From a virus, in IMG/VR virus record IMGVR_UViG_3300022602_000038, positions 1 to 64,000 of that record: a stretch of DNA of 64,000 bases, one strand, 5' to 3'. Of this stretch, positions 38,294 to 47,084 are shown in pieces (positions within the stretch are counted from its first letter, which is position 1; every line of letters begins with the position of its first letter). The position numbers and the translations under genes were made by a program. A model generated the notes under the pieces. That model did no database searches, was not told the DNA's origin, and saw only the letters and a program-made list of their open reading frames with translations.

Positions 38294-38369
38294 AAATCTA
38301 GATTATTAATTTTGTATTAGTTATAAAACACTTATAATTAAACATTAACAAAATAAACCAAAATAATAA
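38294..38369 (+). repeat. 76-bp exact direct repeat, copy 2
   Basis: Identical to 37659..37734. Confidence 0.9.
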
Positions 38370-38370
38370 C

Positions 38371-38631
38371 ATGTCAGTCGAAATACAAAATAAAGTTAGT
38401 CTACCTATTAAAATCGAGAAAGGCATTAAAATGCCTTTCTCTTCTAAAGTAGCCACTCCTACTAAAAAATATAATAACTATAAAAAAATATTTAATAAAA
38501 TGCAAACAGGCGATTCTTTTATAGTAGAGCAAACAAAATTATCTGGCATTTCACAAGCATCTAAAAAATTAAACTTTAACTACATTAGTAGATCTATTAA
38601 CGATCAAGTAGTAAGAGTTTGGAAGGTATAA
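38371..38631 (+). CDS. Conserved small phage protein, putative DNA-binding
   Basis: IEKGIKMP...MQTGDSFIV...R....VRVWK motif. Confidence 0.7.
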   Translation: MSVEIQNKVSLPIKIEKGIKMPFSSKVATPTKKYNNYKKIFNKMQTGDSFIVEQTKLSGISQASKKLNFNYISRSINDQVVRVWKV

Positions 38632-38658
38632 CTAATACAACAATACACAACAAAACTA

Positions 38659-38691
38659 GCTTGCCCTTTTAATTAAGGGCAAGCATTTTTT
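38659..38691 (+). terminator. Intrinsic terminator
   Basis: gcttgccctt-ttaatt-aagggcaagc-atttttt. Confidence 0.75.
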
Positions 38692-38699
38692 ATTTAAAA

Positions 38700-38810
38700 A
38701 TGAAAGCTTTCTTAATTATCTCTACCCTAATCTTATTCGTTATTTTCTGGTTCTTATTAGATATGAACTCTTTATTAGAAGAGTTAGAAGAAGAGGATTT
38801 TTACGAATAA
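38700..38810 (+). CDS. Small TM protein with acidic tail
   Basis: Not in track; MKAFLIISTLILFVIFWFLLDMNSLLEELEEEDFYE. Confidence 0.55.
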   Translation: MKAFLIISTLILFVIFWFLLDMNSLLEELEEEDFYE

Positions 38811-38865
38811 TATAGTTGCAAGGTTTAATAAAAACAGATATATTATAAGAGTAAACTAAAATAAC

Positions 38866-39012
38866 ATGAACAACAAAAATATATTAAATAAAATCAGTAA
38901 AGTAGACGAACTCTTACAAGAATTAAAGGAGTTATATGATGCAGGTAAAATGACAGTAGAGGAAGAAGCTAGTTATGAAAACTTTCTCTATAATTTAAAC
39001 GACACAATTTAA
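38866..39012 (+). CDS. Small acidic helical protein (SHOCT-like motif)
   Basis: Not in track; LQELKELYDAGKMTVEEE; own TTGCAA promoter. Confidence 0.6.
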   Translation: MNNKNILNKISKVDELLQELKELYDAGKMTVEEEASYENFLYNLNDTI

Positions 39013-39053
39013 AGCTATTAAAATAGTGTTGATTTAATAATATTATATAATAG

Positions 39054-39090
39054 AGGAGATATATATTAGGTTATATATCTCCTATTTTTT
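39054..39090 (+). terminator. Intrinsic terminator
   Basis: aggagatatata...tatatatctcct-atttttt. Confidence 0.75.
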
Positions 39091-39235
39091 ATATGCTTCC
39101 AATTATACCTGCCCACACCTCCCCATTATTATAATAAAACTTTCTCATTAAAAGGCAACTTAAAAAGGATTTTATTTTCTTAAAAAAGGATAATATTTTG
39201 TTGACCTTACTAATAATTTAATCCACATTGTTTGT

Positions 39236-39841
39236 ATGAAACGATACCAACAACCAATTGCAGTAGATGGGTGTATGGCTAGTGATTACAATCATCTTAC
39301 ACTCAATATAAAAGGTTTAAAGAAAGAAGAACAACCACCTTTAAACCAGTCAAGCTATTTAGTTTACAATGCAACTGGTGCATATGTAGGGTGGATAGAT
39401 GATAAATCTGTAAAGAAGTACCTTTACAGCTACTTACCTTATCATTATAGCAATTTAACCAAGAGTACAGTAAAGGGATCTAACATTAAACTAGTATGTA
39501 GTAAGTCTACAGGTAAGATAGTATTATTGTTTAAGTCAACTTATATAAATGAAGAGAGTGTATTAGAATTGAATGATAAGGTGGAACTAGCCAATTACTT
39601 TCTTAAACACGAACTCAATAACATTACATTTGACAAGGTTTATGATGGACGTCAGTATCAGATATACTGGACTGATAAGCACAATCTAGCACCACATCTT
39701 ATAAAGGTATTAGATGATAAGTTAGATAAAGTAATGAAAGAGTTCAAGCAAGAAGTTGAACGTTCAATAACAAACATAATCAAAGAAAGAGAAGTAATAA
39801 GGCTTGCCGAACAGGAAACAGGCATTACTATTGACATATGA
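39236..39841 (+). CDS. Hypothetical early protein ending in a tag-like motif
   Basis: TTGACC promoter at 39201; C-terminus RLAEQETGITIDI. Confidence 0.75.
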   Translation: MKRYQQPIAVDGCMASDYNHLTLNIKGLKKEEQPPLNQSSYLVYNATGAYVGWIDDKSVKKYLYSYLPYHYSNLTKSTVKGSNIKLVCSKSTGKIVLLFKSTYINEESVLELNDKVELANYFLKHELNNITFDKVYDGRQYQIYWTDKHNLAPHLIKVLDDKLDKVMKEFKQEVERSITNIIKEREVIRLAEQETGITIDI

Positions 39842-39964
39842 CATTAGATCAACAACTACAGGCCTTTGTAGAACAGACAAATAAGGACATAGAATATTTT
39901 CAGGAAATAATTAGAAATAATAGTTGCAATTCGGATGAATCCATCCATAATAGATTTGTTAACC

Positions 39965-40237
39965 ATGACAACCACAACAAATACAACAATGAATACTACA
40001 GCTACACAAACAGCTGAAGCTAAGTTAAAACGTGCGACCACAATCGCTACTAACCAAGCAGTTAAGTCTTCTGCAAGAGGTTACACTCTTCCATTAGTTT
40101 TAACATGTACGGTAACAGGAAAGAGTGTTAAGTACACATCAGCAGCATATATTGAAAAATGTATCGACCGTGCTGGTTCACTCGAGAAGTTAATCGCTAC
40201 TTACGTATCGCGTGAGGGCCGTCGTCAATCAAAGTAA
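39965..40237 (+). CDS. Small basic protein, paralog of 2552..2833
   Basis: Start reassigned after TTGCAA-N16-CATAAT; RGYTLPLVLTCTVTGKSVKYTS...YVSREGRRQ. Confidence 0.8.
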   Translation: MTTTTNTTMNTTATQTAEAKLKRATTIATNQAVKSSARGYTLPLVLTCTVTGKSVKYTSAAYIEKCIDRAGSLEKLIATYVSREGRRQSK

Positions 40238-40301
40238 TACAACAATCAACCTATAATACAATAATATAAACTAACTGAGTCCTTAGACTAATACGGATTA
40301 T

Positions 40302-40345
40302 AAAAAAAATAGGGTACCTGTTAATGTGTAGCAGGTACCCTATTT
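40302..40345. terminator. Terminator-like hairpin
   Basis: aaatagggtacctgtta...tagcaggtaccctattt. Confidence 0.65.
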
Positions 40346-40369
40346 AATTATACCACCAAAGCAGCTAAC

Positions 40370-40570
40370 ATGATAGACCCATACAACACATTAACGGATG
40401 ATATATCACTCTGCTTTAGACAAGTAGCATTAGATTTTAGATTATTAGACATTATTGACAGTTTAGATCAGAAAGACAAAGACCATGTTTTTAATTGGCG
40501 ATACCGTTCAAATCAAAACAAACTCCGTAGTAGGAGAGATAACAGACATCGATTACTCCAAAAAGGGTGA
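40370..40570 (+). CDS. Hypothetical protein
   Basis: 66 aa ORF. Confidence 0.45.
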   Translation: MIDPYNTLTDDISLCFRQVALDFRLLDIIDSLDQKDKDHVFNWRYRSNQNKLRSRRDNRHRLLQKG

Positions 40571-40641
40571 CCCAGTGTACCTAGTACATTCACAAGGCAA
40601 ACAATATTTAACAGAAGACAAAGACTTAACTTTTATACCAG

Positions 40642-40842
40642 ATGAATACAAAGAATAAGAACAACAATAACATTAGCTTCTTTTTAGGCACTACCATACT
40701 ACTAACTGCTGTTGGGTGTGGTGTAATAATAGGCATAAAATATCTTGCACTAAAGACCTTTTTATCTATATTAATTACATCATCAATGATAGCTCTATTA
40801 AGTACATTCATTACTGATGATGCTGATAGAGATGACATATAA
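40642..40842 (+). CDS. Small two-TM membrane protein
   Basis: Two hydrophobic segments, acidic tail. Confidence 0.55.
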   Translation: MNTKNKNNNNISFFLGTTILLTAVGCGVIIGIKYLALKTFLSILITSSMIALLSTFITDDADRDDI

Positions 40843-40969
40843 CATTTTACCTAACCTATTGGAGTGGGTTAGGTGGTAAGAACATAAGATGGCTCACTAG
40901 ATGGTTTGTTATTATCCATCTAGTGGGCTCATCTATTTAATATGACCTACATATATAGATCCGGTATTG

Positions 40970-41080
40970 GAAATTCGAATTTCTAAATCCAGAAGTGGTA
41001 CCAAATTTGGATGCACTACCCAATTTGACTTATGTATATAGATCCGGTATTAGAAATTCAAATATTAAAATCCAGAAGTG
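40970..41080. repeat. Right pair of 28-bp palindrome-core repeats
   Basis: Exact copy of the 36517 motif at 40970; variant at 41053; both within a ~55-bp duplicated unit. Confidence 0.85.
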
Positions 41081-41151
41081 GTACCAAATTCAAATACACT
41101 ATCTGAAACAAATAGCTTGATTAGAGTAATAAACAATATACAAACATATAA

Positions 41152-41382
41152 ATGAAACAACAACCCCTTAACATTAATAGAAAGATACTACTCAATAGCA
41201 TTATACAATTGGCTGAAATAGCTAGCGTATATGAACAAGAGGACATCAGTCAAGTACTCTTTGCTACTGCTGGTACCATTCATGCTAATAGCACCCCACA
41301 ACTAGCCCAACACATCATGCCCTTTGTTAAGAAAGAACTTGATAGAGTAACCTTCCTACAACGCACCACCGATAACAACTAA
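41152..41382 (+). CDS. Hypothetical protein
   Basis: 76 aa ORF after TTGATT promoter. Confidence 0.65.
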   Translation: MKQQPLNINRKILLNSIIQLAEIASVYEQEDISQVLFATAGTIHANSTPQLAQHIMPFVKKELDRVTFLQRTTDNN

Positions 41383-41558
41383 TGCTCTATACACTACACT
41401 GGACCAGACCTAATGGCCAGATCATTACCGGCACCATTACCTTTAATGAAGAGGATACATTCTTTGGTATCAAACTCTATAACAATAATAGATGGCTTGC
41501 TACAGCACACCACTCGCTATATGAAGGAGGCTTTTATAGAGTAACACTCCAATCATAA
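41382..41558 (+). CDS. Hypothetical protein
   Basis: Not in track; MLYTLHWTRPNGQIITGTITFNEEDTFFGIKLY...; TAATG overlap with upstream stop. Confidence 0.55.
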   Translation: MLYTLHWTRPNGQIITGTITFNEEDTFFGIKLYNNNRWLATAHHSLYEGGFYRVTLQS

Positions 41559-41890
41559 CCAAGTCCCGTTTCTGACTATGGTTTGTTTCCAAACCAGGTT
41601 TTCAAACGGACTTAAGCGCACAAATTAACTTTATATACACAATAGAAAAAAATCAATAAAAAACTGCATGCCAACTTTTTAGCACATCCCCGTAGGCAAA
41701 TTCCCATAGTACGCTTTTCTTCAGTAATCCCGTTTTTTGCGTAACACAAATTTTTTTTCGCGCGAATTTTTTTTTGGCTAAATTACATATATGGGGGTTT
41801 TGGGTAATCCCGTATATACAGTGCGCAGGTATAATAATACATAAAGAGGTAGTTGTTATGGGTGCATGATTACATAAGTATTGGGTACTC

Positions 41891-42268
41891 ATGCAAGCAC
41901 GTTCTATAAAAATATTACAAGAAGCATACGAACAAGTTAACCGGAGTAGAATGCACAGTATCACTAAGCCGGTGATGAACGAGAGAGGCGGCGAACAAGA
42001 AGACGATGATGATATCAACTCGGCAGCTGACGGGGCAACGCTACACATAGCTAAAGCCGGCATATGGTCTGTAGTGAACGGGTTCTTAAGGGGTAATTTA
42101 ACGTTTATTGGTAAGGGTGGTAAAGTTTACACTTTATCTATGGTAGACAAGCTATTGCAATCGGCTACTAATAAGGAGGAATTAAGGCACGTATTTGACT
42201 TATTAGATATGGAGAGGTATATGAGTGGTAAAGCACCGGAACGATTTGACCCATCTAACAACGAATAA
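41891..42268 (+). CDS. Leader-bearing protein
   Basis: TAAGTA 41875; MQARSIKILQEAYEQVNR...VMNE. Confidence 0.7.
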   Translation: MQARSIKILQEAYEQVNRSRMHSITKPVMNERGGEQEDDDDINSAADGATLHIAKAGIWSVVNGFLRGNLTFIGKGGKVYTLSMVDKLLQSATNKEELRHVFDLLDMERYMSGKAPERFDPSNNE

Positions 42269-42287
42269 CTATAAATTTATATAAGAT

Positions 42288-42321
42288 ATCCCAAACTGAG
42301 AAAAGGTTTGGGATTTTTTTT
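42288..42321 (+). terminator. Intrinsic terminator
   Basis: atcccaaact...ggtttgggat-ttttttt. Confidence 0.7.
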
Positions 42322-42387
42322 GCGCGTAATTTTTTAGTTGCTTTTCCCTATATAGGGGTTATTATTATATCCGTATTAATAACAATT

Positions 42388-42756
42388 ATGCATATGTACA
42401 AATCTGAATTTTTCAAGCAACTATACACGGCTTCTCTGCAGACGCTTGCCGGGAAGATGGACACCACACACTCTACAGACAAGTTTACTGTAGCTACTGA
42501 GGCATGGAGGTTGGCACAGATTGCAGAGTTTGTGTATAGTAGGGAGGTGGATAAAACTGATATACAGAAAGATAGGGAACTAAGCGAGAGTATAGCTCAA
42601 TTGAACCGTAGTATGTCTAGTAATAAGCCTGACAGTTATGCTAGTAATAATGAGGCTGTTAAGGAGACGACGGAGAGTAATAAGGTTAACCTATCCGGTT
42701 ATAAGAAGACCATGAATACTATTAACCCGTACCCTTCTAATTACTACGAACTTTAA
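42388..42756 (+). CDS. Hypothetical protein
   Basis: 122 aa ORF after TTGCTT promoter. Confidence 0.65.
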   Translation: MHMYKSEFFKQLYTASLQTLAGKMDTTHSTDKFTVATEAWRLAQIAEFVYSREVDKTDIQKDRELSESIAQLNRSMSSNKPDSYASNNEAVKETTESNKVNLSGYKKTMNTINPYPSNYYEL

Positions 42757-42865
42757 CTGGTTTAAAACGGGATATAACGTAGTTATCTAATAAGTTAATA
42801 TTAAGCGTAGCTGGGGGGTGCCTGCGGCGGGAGGATCAAGCTACGCTTGATAAAAGTAACTCTAT

Positions 42866-43672
42866 ATGAATCTATTTAATTTGTTTAAGAAGAAAAGTAA
42901 TAAGGTGAGGTTTATTAACCCAATACCGGGGTTGGCGGCTGCGCATCCTATTATTGAAGCCCAGGACCTAAAACGGGAGTGGATGGAGCGCAATGCCAAG
43001 GACATGGCCTTGCAAAAAGAAATGCTCAAAACATGCCCCATGGATAAGATAAAGGGACTGGTCATGTCCACGGGCTTTATTATACGGTGCCCGGGCATTC
43101 GTACTGTTCAAAATACCGGCTACATCGTGCCCCTACCCTATGATGTGGTGATTGAAACGTACGGGGACGGGGAGAAGTTCAATACCGTGTTCTTTGTACC
43201 GGACAATGCTGCTTATAAAACCTCTATTGATTATCACCCCAAAGAACAGTACCACAATTATATCCCTGTACCGGACAATACTCTTAAAACGTTGATTAAA
43301 ATAGGTACCGGGTGGAACATTGTACCAGATGAAAACTATGTGTGGATGTTTTGCCCGGTGTTACATTCTGGGGAAACACGCTTTACGGTGGCTACCGGCA
43401 TAGTGGATCCTTATCTTGACCCACAAATCAATGCTCAGCTATTCTGGCACGTACTCAAGGGCAGAACCTTTATTAAAGCCGGTACCCCACTACTTCAAAT
43501 AATTCCTTTACCGCGTAACTTTGTACAACCAGAGTTTGAATGCGGTATGGGCAATATAACTGACTTTAATAAATTATTAGGTAACTTTAATGCTAATAAA
43601 GTATCCTCTAATAGAGATTATCGTAAATTAAATGAATCCGGTCAACGTCTTTGGAACGATCCTACTACTTAA
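42866..43672 (+). CDS. Hypothetical protein of an oxygenase-associated phage family
   Basis: RCPGI.....GYIVP..D, GIVD, IKAGTPLLQIIP. Confidence 0.7.
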   Translation: MNLFNLFKKKSNKVRFINPIPGLAAAHPIIEAQDLKREWMERNAKDMALQKEMLKTCPMDKIKGLVMSTGFIIRCPGIRTVQNTGYIVPLPYDVVIETYGDGEKFNTVFFVPDNAAYKTSIDYHPKEQYHNYIPVPDNTLKTLIKIGTGWNIVPDENYVWMFCPVLHSGETRFTVATGIVDPYLDPQINAQLFWHVLKGRTFIKAGTPLLQIIPLPRNFVQPEFECGMGNITDFNKLLGNFNANKVSSNRDYRKLNESGQRLWNDPTT

Positions 43673-44329
43673 ATGAAAATACCAGTCTTTGATACCTTTA
43701 TAGATGTGTTCGAGTTTACTAGAGTTGATGATTACCCTGGTAAAGAGTTTTTTGATTCAAAAGTAGAAGAGCTATTTAACTTACCACAAGTAGTTAACGC
43801 AAAAACTCCTATCACTGAACGCAACGGAAATGCTCTATCTACTATTCATTTATGCAGTGGTAAATTTAGAAAACATATACTGTATTTTTTACAACTAACA
43901 GATCATGTTTTAGGGGTATGGATAATAGAGCAATTAAGAATTGCAGGAATAGATTATAATCTTAGTAGAACCCGAGATGTTACTGCGTATAAGTTTCATC
44001 GGGCATGGGCCAATAGAATGTTTAAAGGTTGTGATGGACAGGCCCACAGACATAAATTACCAGGCGAGGAGAAGCCTGATTTAGTAGCCATTTATTATCA
44101 TCAAGTACCGGATAATAGTGCAGAGTTAATCTTTATTAATGAAAAAGATATGTCTATAGGTGTTGGTAAACATTACTTAGAATATCCAGAAGAACAACGG
44201 TTCCACTTTAAACCAAAAGCCGGAATGCTTGTAGTACATGATCCGCATATAATGCATGCCATTTCTACCCACCAAAGCGATTTACCCCGGACGTGTATTA
44301 TATTTGAACCGGCTTATAAACAGATTTAA
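43673..44329 (+). CDS. 2OG-Fe(II) oxygenase-like protein
   Basis: AWAN...HRH....VAIYY...PK.G.L.....H......R. Confidence 0.7.
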   Translation: MKIPVFDTFIDVFEFTRVDDYPGKEFFDSKVEELFNLPQVVNAKTPITERNGNALSTIHLCSGKFRKHILYFLQLTDHVLGVWIIEQLRIAGIDYNLSRTRDVTAYKFHRAWANRMFKGCDGQAHRHKLPGEEKPDLVAIYYHQVPDNSAELIFINEKDMSIGVGKHYLEYPEEQRFHFKPKAGMLVVHDPHIMHAISTHQSDLPRTCIIFEPAYKQI

Positions 44330-44362
44330 ACGAATCTTAATCTTTATTATTCTATCCGGTGG

Positions 44363-44370
44363 TATAAATA
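44363..44370 (+). promoter_or_regulatory. T4-type late promoter TATAAATA
   Basis: Exact consensus 9 nt before ATG 44380. Confidence 0.7.
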
Positions 44371-44379
44371 TTTTCTTTC

Positions 44380-45441
44380 ATGGGCGCGCAGCATATACTT
44401 TTTATTTTAAAACGTAGAGAAGATTATAATCCAATGGGTTATAACCCTAAAGGTTTGAGTACCGGACTCTACAATTCAGCTTCTTTTATGGTTAATATGC
44501 TTAATAAAAATGGCATTAAAGCTTCTATGGAAGTAGCCATTGATAATAATTGTATTGATCGGTTAGTTACCTTACACAAACCTACTCACGTTATAATAGA
44601 AGCCTTGTGGGTGGTGCCGCAAAAGTTTGCTGAACTTATTCCTCTACACCCTACTGTAAAGTGGATAGTGCGTTTACATTCTGAAATGCCTTTTATGGCA
44701 GGTGAAGGTATAGCTATGAATTGGTTAGGAGATTACCTTTCCTACTCTAATGTTTCGTTAGGTGTGAATGCACCTCGTATGCATAATGAAGTACAAACAT
44801 ATGCTAAAATAAAGTATAAGTGGACTAAAAAACAAGTAAATGAACGAGTAATTTATTTACCTAACTATTACCCACAAGAGTATTGGGCACCTCGTGGTAT
44901 TATAAAAAAATTACAAGTAGTAGATGTAGGTTGTTTTGGTGCTATTAGACCTTTAAAAAACCATTTAGTACAAGCTTTCGGTGCATTAAAGTTTGCTGAA
45001 AAAATAGGCAAACAGTTACGTTTTCATGTTAATATAGGTCGTACTGAAATGAAAGGTGAACCAGTAATTAATAATATTAAAGGACTGTTTATGCAATTAG
45101 CTGATTCCGGTCACCAGCTTATATGTCATGAGTGGTCAGAAAGAGAACAGTTCTTAGAACTTTGTAGGTCTATGGACATTGGTATGCAATGTAACTTTAG
45201 CGAAACATTTAATATAGTAGGAGCTGATTTAATTAGCCAAGGTGTACCATTAGTTGCTACAAAAGAAGTGCCTTGGTCTAGTTGTATCTTTAATGCAGAT
45301 CCTACAGAGAGTGATGATATATGTAAAGCATTACTAGCATCTTATTATTTTCCTGGTTTAAATGTACGAATTAATCAACGGAATTTGACTAAGTATACTA
45401 ATCAGACTGCTAAGGTCTGGTTCAAACAATTTAAATCATGA
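44380..45441 (+). CDS. GT-B-fold glycosyltransferase
   Basis: FGAIRPLKNH, SETFNIVGAD..SQGVPLV. Confidence 0.75.
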   Translation: MGAQHILFILKRREDYNPMGYNPKGLSTGLYNSASFMVNMLNKNGIKASMEVAIDNNCIDRLVTLHKPTHVIIEALWVVPQKFAELIPLHPTVKWIVRLHSEMPFMAGEGIAMNWLGDYLSYSNVSLGVNAPRMHNEVQTYAKIKYKWTKKQVNERVIYLPNYYPQEYWAPRGIIKKLQVVDVGCFGAIRPLKNHLVQAFGALKFAEKIGKQLRFHVNIGRTEMKGEPVINNIKGLFMQLADSGHQLICHEWSEREQFLELCRSMDIGMQCNFSETFNIVGADLISQGVPLVATKEVPWSSCIFNADPTESDDICKALLASYYFPGLNVRINQRNLTKYTNQTAKVWFKQFKS

Positions 45442-45656
45442 AGGCTAATAAACACAAGACCACTAAACACACTGTACATGTATTTACATGGGTAAACGGC
45501 GCGCTAGAACGAGTTACTCACAGACACAACTCGTACAAAGAATCTACAGACTTTGTTAAGCGTTGGCCTTGCCATGTTGCTAAAATATATGACGAAGAAG
45601 GTAACATGGTGTATGAATACAATAAAGAGCCGTTACCACAAGGTGTTTACGCCTAA
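45438..45656 (+). CDS. Hypothetical protein
   Basis: 72 aa ORF coupled to glycosyltransferase. Confidence 0.6.
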   Translation: MKANKHKTTKHTVHVFTWVNGALERVTHRHNSYKESTDFVKRWPCHVAKIYDEEGNMVYEYNKEPLPQGVYA

Positions 45657-45657
45657 T

Positions 45658-45695
45658 AAAAAAGCCGTAGATTTATTCTACGGCTTTTATTTTTT
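45658..45695. terminator. Bidirectional intrinsic terminator
   Basis: aaaaaagccgtaga-tttat-tctacggctttt between convergent genes. Confidence 0.8.
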
Positions 45696-45822
45696 ATTTA
45701 ATCTTTCGTGTTCGTATCTTTCCAGCATCTGAACGTCGTGCACGGGACTTTTGTCCCATCATACGTCCATATCTAGACATCATCTTATTCGGTGCAATAC
45801 TGTTTTTAGTTTTATATGCCAT
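45694..45822 (-). CDS. Tiny basic RSDxG peptide 3
   Basis: Not in track; MAYKTKNSIAPNKMMSRYGRMMGQKSRARRSDAGKIRTRKIK. Confidence 0.7.
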   Translation of the reverse strand: MAYKTKNSIAPNKMMSRYGRMMGQKSRARRSDAGKIRTRKIK

Positions 45823-45861
45823 AATTAAATGTTATTAATTGTTAATATTGAGTTTATTGAC

Positions 45862-46443
45862 TTAAAGTCTATCTTTATATTTGTATATATATTTGGTTGG
45901 TAGTAAAGATATATTAAGTAGTACTCTTAAATTGTTTTCAAAAGGAAGTTTACCACTATGCTTAATATCATTATTAAAGTAAACAAGGGTACCTTTTTTA
46001 GGTGATACTGCTTTATATATCTCATTCTTTTCATTAAAGAAAACTGTATCCCCATCACTATCGTTTACATAGTATATAACTGATATTGCTTCTTTAAAAG
46101 GAGTATCTATATGTGGACCGTTAAACCAATCCTTTTCATAGTCTTGTTGAGGGTAAGTAATATTTGCTTTAAATCTTATTATATACATATCTTCATTTAA
46201 TAACGAAGATAATTTTGTAATAATATGCTCAACATGTTCCCATTTAGTAGATATTTTTTTGTTGTAATTTACAAACCCGTGTACAAATTGACTAGTATCT
46301 TTAACCTGATCTGTATGAAATGAAATTTTTTCTGTTGTAAAATTACTGTAGTAATAAGGCACTTTTCTAGAAAAAATTAAGAGGTTTTCTAAAAAATCTT
46401 GTTGTTCTTTTTCTAAAAAGTTTTCTATTACAGTTATTTCCAT
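45862..46443 (-). CDS. 2OG-Fe(II) oxygenase
   Basis: PHID...IYYVNDSDGDTVFF...PKKG....F....H....R. Confidence 0.85.
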   Translation of the reverse strand: MEITVIENFLEKEQQDFLENLLIFSRKVPYYYSNFTTEKISFHTDQVKDTSQFVHGFVNYNKKISTKWEHVEHIITKLSSLLNEDMYIIRFKANITYPQQDYEKDWFNGPHIDTPFKEAISVIYYVNDSDGDTVFFNEKNEIYKAVSPKKGTLVYFNNDIKHSGKLPFENNLRVLLNISLLPTKYIYKYKDRL

Positions 46444-46461
46444 AATAAACTTACTTTTTTA

Positions 46462-47073
46462 TTAGTATACATTTTTTTCATCAGCTTCTCTTGCTTTAAG
46501 AACTAGATCTATATTTTTATTCCGAGTAATATTAAAATTTATTATTGAACGCATTTTAGTTTCAAAAGGTGGTTGTCCTGTATGAACAATATTGCTATTA
46601 AAATAGCAAATAGATCCTTTTTTAGGGGTTACTGCTTTACATACTTCATCTTTTTCATTAAAGAAAACCGTATCCCCGTCACTATCGTTTACATAATATA
46701 TACAAGCTAATACTTCTTTATAAGGAGAGTCTACATGAGGGTTATGAAAACTGTCTTTATTGTAATTTCGATGCGGATAATTAAAATTCATTTTACATCT
46801 AACTATAAACATTTGTTCATTAAACAATTCACATAATTTATTATAAATAGGTTTCACATCAATCCAAAACGGAGAAACCGCTTTATTGAAGCTCACAAAT
46901 TGATGAACAAATTGTGGAGTATCAATAACTTTATCATTTATAAATTCAGGTCTAGGCGTAGTACCTGGTTGGTAATACACGGGTAAACTTCTAGAATGCA
47001 ATAAAAGTTTTTCAATATGATCTTGCTGTTCTTTTTTAATAAAATCTTCTATTACTACTATTTCGTTTTCCAT
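46462..47073 (-). CDS. 2OG-Fe(II) oxygenase, tandem paralog
   Basis: PHVD...IYYVNDSDGDTVFF; TAAGTA at 47079-47084 (-). Confidence 0.85.
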   Translation of the reverse strand: MENEIVVIEDFIKKEQQDHIEKLLLHSRSLPVYYQPGTTPRPEFINDKVIDTPQFVHQFVSFNKAVSPFWIDVKPIYNKLCELFNEQMFIVRCKMNFNYPHRNYNKDSFHNPHVDSPYKEVLACIYYVNDSDGDTVFFNEKDEVCKAVTPKKGSICYFNSNIVHTGQPPFETKMRSIINFNITRNKNIDLVLKAREADEKNVY

Positions 47074-47084
47074 TATAATACTTA

